DNA of 64,000 nucleotides from Pseudomonadota bacterium (GTDB lineage Bacteria; Campylobacterota; Campylobacteria; Campylobacterales; Sulfurospirillaceae): NCBI GenBank assembly GCA_017860615.1, contig JAGDMU010000007.1, positions 6,534 to 70,533 of the forward strand, read 5' to 3'. Shown piece by piece: positions 60,244 to 64,000 of this stretch (position 1 is its first letter; each line of letters starts with the position of its first letter). The notes under the pieces were generated by a model. It saw only the letters and a program-made list of their open reading frames with translations, ran no database searches and was not told where the DNA came from. The position numbers and the translations under genes were made by a program.

Positions 60244-60972
60244 ATGAAAATAAAACTCAAGAAAAAAGAAAATAGCTATGCGCAAGTCCACAAAAATATG
60301 CTTTTTGATCGTACTCTCTCTTTAAAAGCAAAGGGGTTGGGTGCAATTTTAGAGAGTTACAGCAATGATTTTGACGTAAACATGAAAAGTATTGAACTCA
60401 GTAACCCCGATGGCTTAAAAGCGATTAGAGGGGCAATCAAAGAGCTAGAAGATGGTTATTATCTTTTTAGATTTCAAATAAGAGAAAATGGCGGATTATT
60501 TACAACCGTTTGGGCGTTCGATAGTGAAAAACTTGACGTAGATTATCTAAAAAATATCATCACCGGACTTGAAAAAATTGAGCTTATTACAAAGAATGAT
60601 TTACTCCAACGGGGTAGCCAAAATGGTAACCCCGTGAAAGGCTCAACGGGGTATCCCTTTACGGCATGCCGTCAACGCACACCATATAATAATATAGAGT
60701 ATAAAAATATAAATGATAAAAATACCTCTCTCTTACTCTCTCAAACAAGAGAGAGATTTGATTTAAAATCTCTAAAAAATTTTAGAGAAGAACTTGCTGA
60801 AATATGCCCTACTTTCAAATTTAGTCTTTGTGGTTATATATTCAGCATGCACTCACACAAGCTTCTTGATAGCACAGAGAGTTTCGAGGTTTGGCAGTAC
60901 CTCTTTCAAAAAAAATCTAAAGTCCTTGATCTTGCTAAAGAGCAAAGCTTACAAGGTTGCAGCCATGAGTAA
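60244..60972 (+). CDS. Phage-type replication initiator (N-terminal winged helix)
   Basis: YAQVHKNMLFDRTLSLKAKGL...AIRGAIKELEDGYY; repeat-rich internal linker. Confidence 0.7.
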   Translation: MKIKLKKKENSYAQVHKNMLFDRTLSLKAKGLGAILESYSNDFDVNMKSIELSNPDGLKAIRGAIKELEDGYYLFRFQIRENGGLFTTVWAFDSEKLDVDYLKNIITGLEKIELITKNDLLQRGSQNGNPVKGSTGYPFTACRQRTPYNNIEYKNINDKNTSLLLSQTRERFDLKSLKNFREELAEICPTFKFSLCGYIFSMHSHKLLDSTESFEVWQYLFQKKSKVLDLAKEQSLQGCSHE

Positions 60973-61324
60973 AAGCATACTACAAAGGATCGAAGATCTT
61001 GAACATAAAGTATTTCAGCAAAATACTCTATTTATTGAATTTCGTTTTTGCCTAAAAGGTCGTGAAATTAGAACGGGCATAGTCAATAAAAACGCTCTGA
61101 AACAGCAATTTGATTTATTAAATGCTACACATTCTAGTAAAAAAAATTGTGGTGATTTTGTTGTATTGCTAATAGATCAAATCACACAAAATACGCTAGA
61201 TAAATTTTACATCAGCGCACCAAGTTTTACGAGGATAACGGGCTTTGAGCCTAATCCAAAAGAATATCTCGAATTTGAGAAAGCGATCCAGGAGCTTGAG
61301 AGGAATGTACAATGCGCTTCTTAG
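60965..61324 (+). CDS. Hypothetical protein
   Basis: ATG at 60965 overlaps the rep stop region, MSKSILQRIEDLE... Confidence 0.6.
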   Translation: MSKSILQRIEDLEHKVFQQNTLFIEFRFCLKGREIRTGIVNKNALKQQFDLLNATHSSKKNCGDFVVLLIDQITQNTLDKFYISAPSFTRITGFEPNPKEYLEFEKAIQELERNVQCAS

Positions 61325-63519
61325 CACTATTACTTTTATCCTGGCTTTGCCTTTATGGTGCAGATGCTGTACAGAGCGAAAAGGATACTTTGGCAAGTTC
61401 CCTTTTTACATCCAATGATGCAACTGTAAGCGGATCATGTAGCTATGGATGCCGAGCCGTTACGTCGGACTACGTGACTCAAATTATCGATCTTGATGCT
61501 AAAAGTGGTACAACATATTGTGAGGTTTACAGTACCAACAATAAAAGTAAACCCTTAGGAGTAAATGCTAATCAAACAAACACTACGTGCCAGGAACAAA
61601 ACAATCGTACACCAGATCAATACAACGGCCAATTAGTAAGCTCAAACACAGAGAGCAGCTACAAACTAGCCGGTGCAACGTATGACACCGGTACGATCAC
61701 ATTCTCGAGATTTTTAGCCGGTATGTGTACGCTAGATTCTGATATTATTGACTTTGGTGCAACAAGCAGAACGGGTATTTTACAAGTCAAAGATCCTAAA
61801 ATGCTCTATGGCACAAATATTTCTACAACAAGACAAGAGGCATTTTTTTCTAATTTTGGACATGTTGAGAATGGATCAACAAGCTCGGAGATTGTTTCTT
61901 CCGTAGATAGCCTCAATAAATCAAATTTAGCTTATTTTGCGAATTTGTTTAGCAGTATGTCAGCCATAAGTCAGTACCTACAAAGCCTAGTATTTTTACT
62001 AGTTTCTGCGTTTTTCGTGGTGATGCTTGGTTCTCAAAAGCTACAAATTTACCTTGCTAAAAAAGAAGACAATGTAAATTATTTTAAAAAGCTTTTCATA
62101 CCAATTATTGCTGTTACGGTTTTCTATATACCAATTCCACAAGAGAATAATATGACTACTTCTCTTATGCAAAACATCATTCAAAATACCATGACAGCTG
62201 GAACAAAAATTGCCGATAAAGCAGCAATAGTCGGCGCTAATGTTTATTTACAAAAACTTTACTCATCGGTGGGTGCGAACACAATGAGCGGTGAAGCCAC
62301 AATTTATGCAATGCGTGATAGCGCAAAAGCTCAAGCAGCATTTTACAATACAGCATTAGGTGAGTGCAAAAGTCGTTTTCCTGATGCAATGACGTTCCAG
62401 GTAAGTGATGCAGATTTAGCACAGAAGAGCATTTTTAATTTAAACCAAGTAAAAGAAGGAGTCACGGCGCAAGGGTGTCGTGCTATTGAGCGAAAATATC
62501 TCGTCCAATCAAAAGTTTATCAACAACAAGTAAAATATGCGAATCAAATAAAGAGCAGCTTCTCAAACAATCAGCTTCAAAACAAACTTACACAAATTAA
62601 CACGTATCTTAATAATCGACAGACAGAGTTGGGATGGGTGAATTCCGCTCTAATTCCAAGCGCAGCAATTTTAATCGAAATGATGCCAATGGTTAACCTT
62701 GCGCAAGGTAGTATTTTACAAGATCAGCAAAGCAATCAAGAAAAAATCCGTAATACTTACAAAGGAGATGATGAAGCAAAAGGTTTATTCGAGACGATAG
62801 AAAGTATCGGACAAAATACATTTGGAGCAATTTTAGGGAAATTGACTTATCTCATTGTACCAGGAGCAAATACATTATTTGAAGTTTTTAACAATGCTAT
62901 TAAGGGCGGTTTTCAAATTATAGGCTTTTTCGCTCCAGGTGGCGGAAAACTTTTTAGCTTCATTAATAATAGCGGCTTAATTTCAGCGGTTGGTGGGGCT
63001 TTTATCGCCACAATGTTTATAGGGATAATTTTAAAATATATACCTCTTATAGGCAGTATGCTTGCCGGTATTTTAGCGATTGTTGGATGGCTAATAGAAG
63101 TCCTAAAATATTTTTATATTGCCCCGTTTGTCGTTGTTTTTGCTGTAACACTTAAAAAAACAGACAAGATTAGTGAATTTCTAGTAACGGGAATTATCAT
63201 CTTTTTAAAACCCGTTATTTTGGTGCTTTTTATTTATCTTGGATTGTTTTTATATTACCTTATCAACGATGTTTTTGTGATGTTTGCGGAAGAACAATTT
63301 TATCTTTTGGATAGTATCAATGAAAGTTTTTATGTTGCTATGATCTTACACATAACACTAGCTTTAATCAAAATTGTTGCGTGTATTGCATCGGTTTATT
63401 TTATGTGGAAAGTAATCCTATCCGGGGCATCTTTTGTTATCCGCTTATTAGGCTTAAATAATAGCTTCGATTTTATAGAGCCAATTTCTCAAAAACTTGA
63501 GAAATACTCTTTTACATAA
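61312..63519 (+). CDS. Exported polytopic membrane protein, DotA/TraY-like
   Basis: Signal peptide; PIIAVTVFYIP...QNII...GTKIAD and YIPLIG...AIVGWLIEV...IAPFVV...IFLKPVILV resemble recalled DotA/TraY motifs. Confidence 0.55.
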   Translation: MRFLALLLLSWLCLYGADAVQSEKDTLASSLFTSNDATVSGSCSYGCRAVTSDYVTQIIDLDAKSGTTYCEVYSTNNKSKPLGVNANQTNTTCQEQNNRTPDQYNGQLVSSNTESSYKLAGATYDTGTITFSRFLAGMCTLDSDIIDFGATSRTGILQVKDPKMLYGTNISTTRQEAFFSNFGHVENGSTSSEIVSSVDSLNKSNLAYFANLFSSMSAISQYLQSLVFLLVSAFFVVMLGSQKLQIYLAKKEDNVNYFKKLFIPIIAVTVFYIPIPQENNMTTSLMQNIIQNTMTAGTKIADKAAIVGANVYLQKLYSSVGANTMSGEATIYAMRDSAKAQAAFYNTALGECKSRFPDAMTFQVSDADLAQKSIFNLNQVKEGVTAQGCRAIERKYLVQSKVYQQQVKYANQIKSSFSNNQLQNKLTQINTYLNNRQTELGWVNSALIPSAAILIEMMPMVNLAQGSILQDQQSNQEKIRNTYKGDDEAKGLFETIESIGQNTFGAILGKLTYLIVPGANTLFEVFNNAIKGGFQIIGFFAPGGGKLFSFINNSGLISAVGGAFIATMFIGIILKYIPLIGSMLAGILAIVGWLIEVLKYFYIAPFVVVFAVTLKKTDKISEFLVTGIIIFLKPVILVLFIYLGLFLYYLINDVFVMFAEEQFYLLDSINESFYVAMILHITLALIKIVACIASVYFMWKVILSGASFVIRLLGLNNSFDFIEPISQKLEKYSFT

Positions 63520-63560
63520 TTTTGAGAAAATTCAATAACATACAAAACAAGGAGTCCTTT

Positions 63561-63911
63561 ATGAAAAAATTACAAGGTGATAAACTTATCCCAACGTTTT
63601 TATCTTTGGCAAAATGGTCTATTTTAGTCTTTAGTTTTTTAGCCTGGTATCCTCACCAATTTATGCCAAATTGGTGGTATTTAGTGTTACCAAATGATTT
63701 TACAGCGTATGTTTTTATGATGATGTATTTTCTTCTATTAAGTTTGTTGATGATACCATTGAATATGATTTTTGACTCAAAAATCGAAGATTACAATGAC
63801 ATTGAAAAGTATGGAATTAGTACAAAAGAGTTTTTAATCTTAACCGGTGTCGGTCACATTCTAGGTTTTTTTGCATGGAAAGTGCTTTGTCCTGGTGGAT
63901 TAGGTTTATAA
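63561..63911 (+). CDS. Small membrane protein (3 TM)
   Basis: ATG 63561 behind AAGGAG; three hydrophobic segments. Confidence 0.65.
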   Translation: MKKLQGDKLIPTFLSLAKWSILVFSFLAWYPHQFMPNWWYLVLPNDFTAYVFMMMYFLLLSLLMIPLNMIFDSKIEDYNDIEKYGISTKEFLILTGVGHILGFFAWKVLCPGGLGL

Positions 63912-63923
63912 AGGAGAGTTCAA

Positions 63924-64000
63924 ATGTTAGATTGCCCTCACTGCTCATGGCCGTTAAAAGCCGGCAAGAAAGCGGTTTATTGTTATGACGATAGCTGTGG
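63924..64000 (+). CDS. Zn-ribbon protein, N-terminus only
   Basis: AAGGAG RBS; MLDCPHCSWPLKAGKKAVYCYDDSC. Confidence 0.55.
   Translation, partial: MLDCPHCSWPLKAGKKAVYCYDDSC

Larger units (their letters stand above)
58965..64000. mobile_element. Integrative element (satellite- or ICE-like) adjoining tRNA-Leu, incomplete in this window
   Basis: gggtacg direct repeats at 59028-59034 and 59040-59046 (12-bp period, like integrase arm sites); divergent repressor/Xis pair; phage-type Rep; AT-rich. No integrase or second att is visible. Confidence 0.7.

Noticed and set aside
60794-60964. Upstream extension of the 60794-61324 ORF
   Set aside because: It overlaps rep by ~180 nt; the ATG at 60965 coupled to the rep stop is more plausible.

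Overview
The window looks like a Campylobacterota chromosome segment, most likely Sulfurospirillum-like; this is inferred from protein style and the gene orders fliI-folE / tig-clpP-GGDEF-def-comM-nnr-purN-thiG and tRNA Pro-His-Arg-Arg-Leu. Positions 1-32.7 kb are mostly housekeeping genes: a two-component system with an EF-hand protein, kdpABCDE with a split kdpD, YjiG/H plus an M20 hydrolase, polyamine genes, an MCP, moaDE-moeA, nifSU, fliI, folE, tig, clpP and def. The main feature is an apparently intact 21,508-bp Tn7-like transposon at 32749-54256. It has TG...CA ends, a 5-bp ACGTA target duplication and TnsB-type repeated end sites, and it interrupts comM. It encodes TnsA, TnsB, TnsC and TniQ near one end and a divergent TnsE-like protein at the far end, with no recognisable TnsF or Cas genes. 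Its cargo is defence-like (Septu-like ATPase+HNH, N6-MTase with a PD-(D/E)XK partner, McrA-like HNH, DUF2971-TPR, Abi-like membrane protein), plus a pseudopilin, an orphan excisionase and a duplicated palindromic DNA unit with compensatory changes. A second integrative element starts after tRNA-Leu and runs off the window (repressor, Xis, phage-type Rep with a candidate internal ori, DotA/TraY-like protein). Three apparent small deletions (kdpD, carboxyspermidine dehydrogenase, tRNA-His) may be real or assembly artefacts. All family assignments come from motif recognition by eye; no searches were run.
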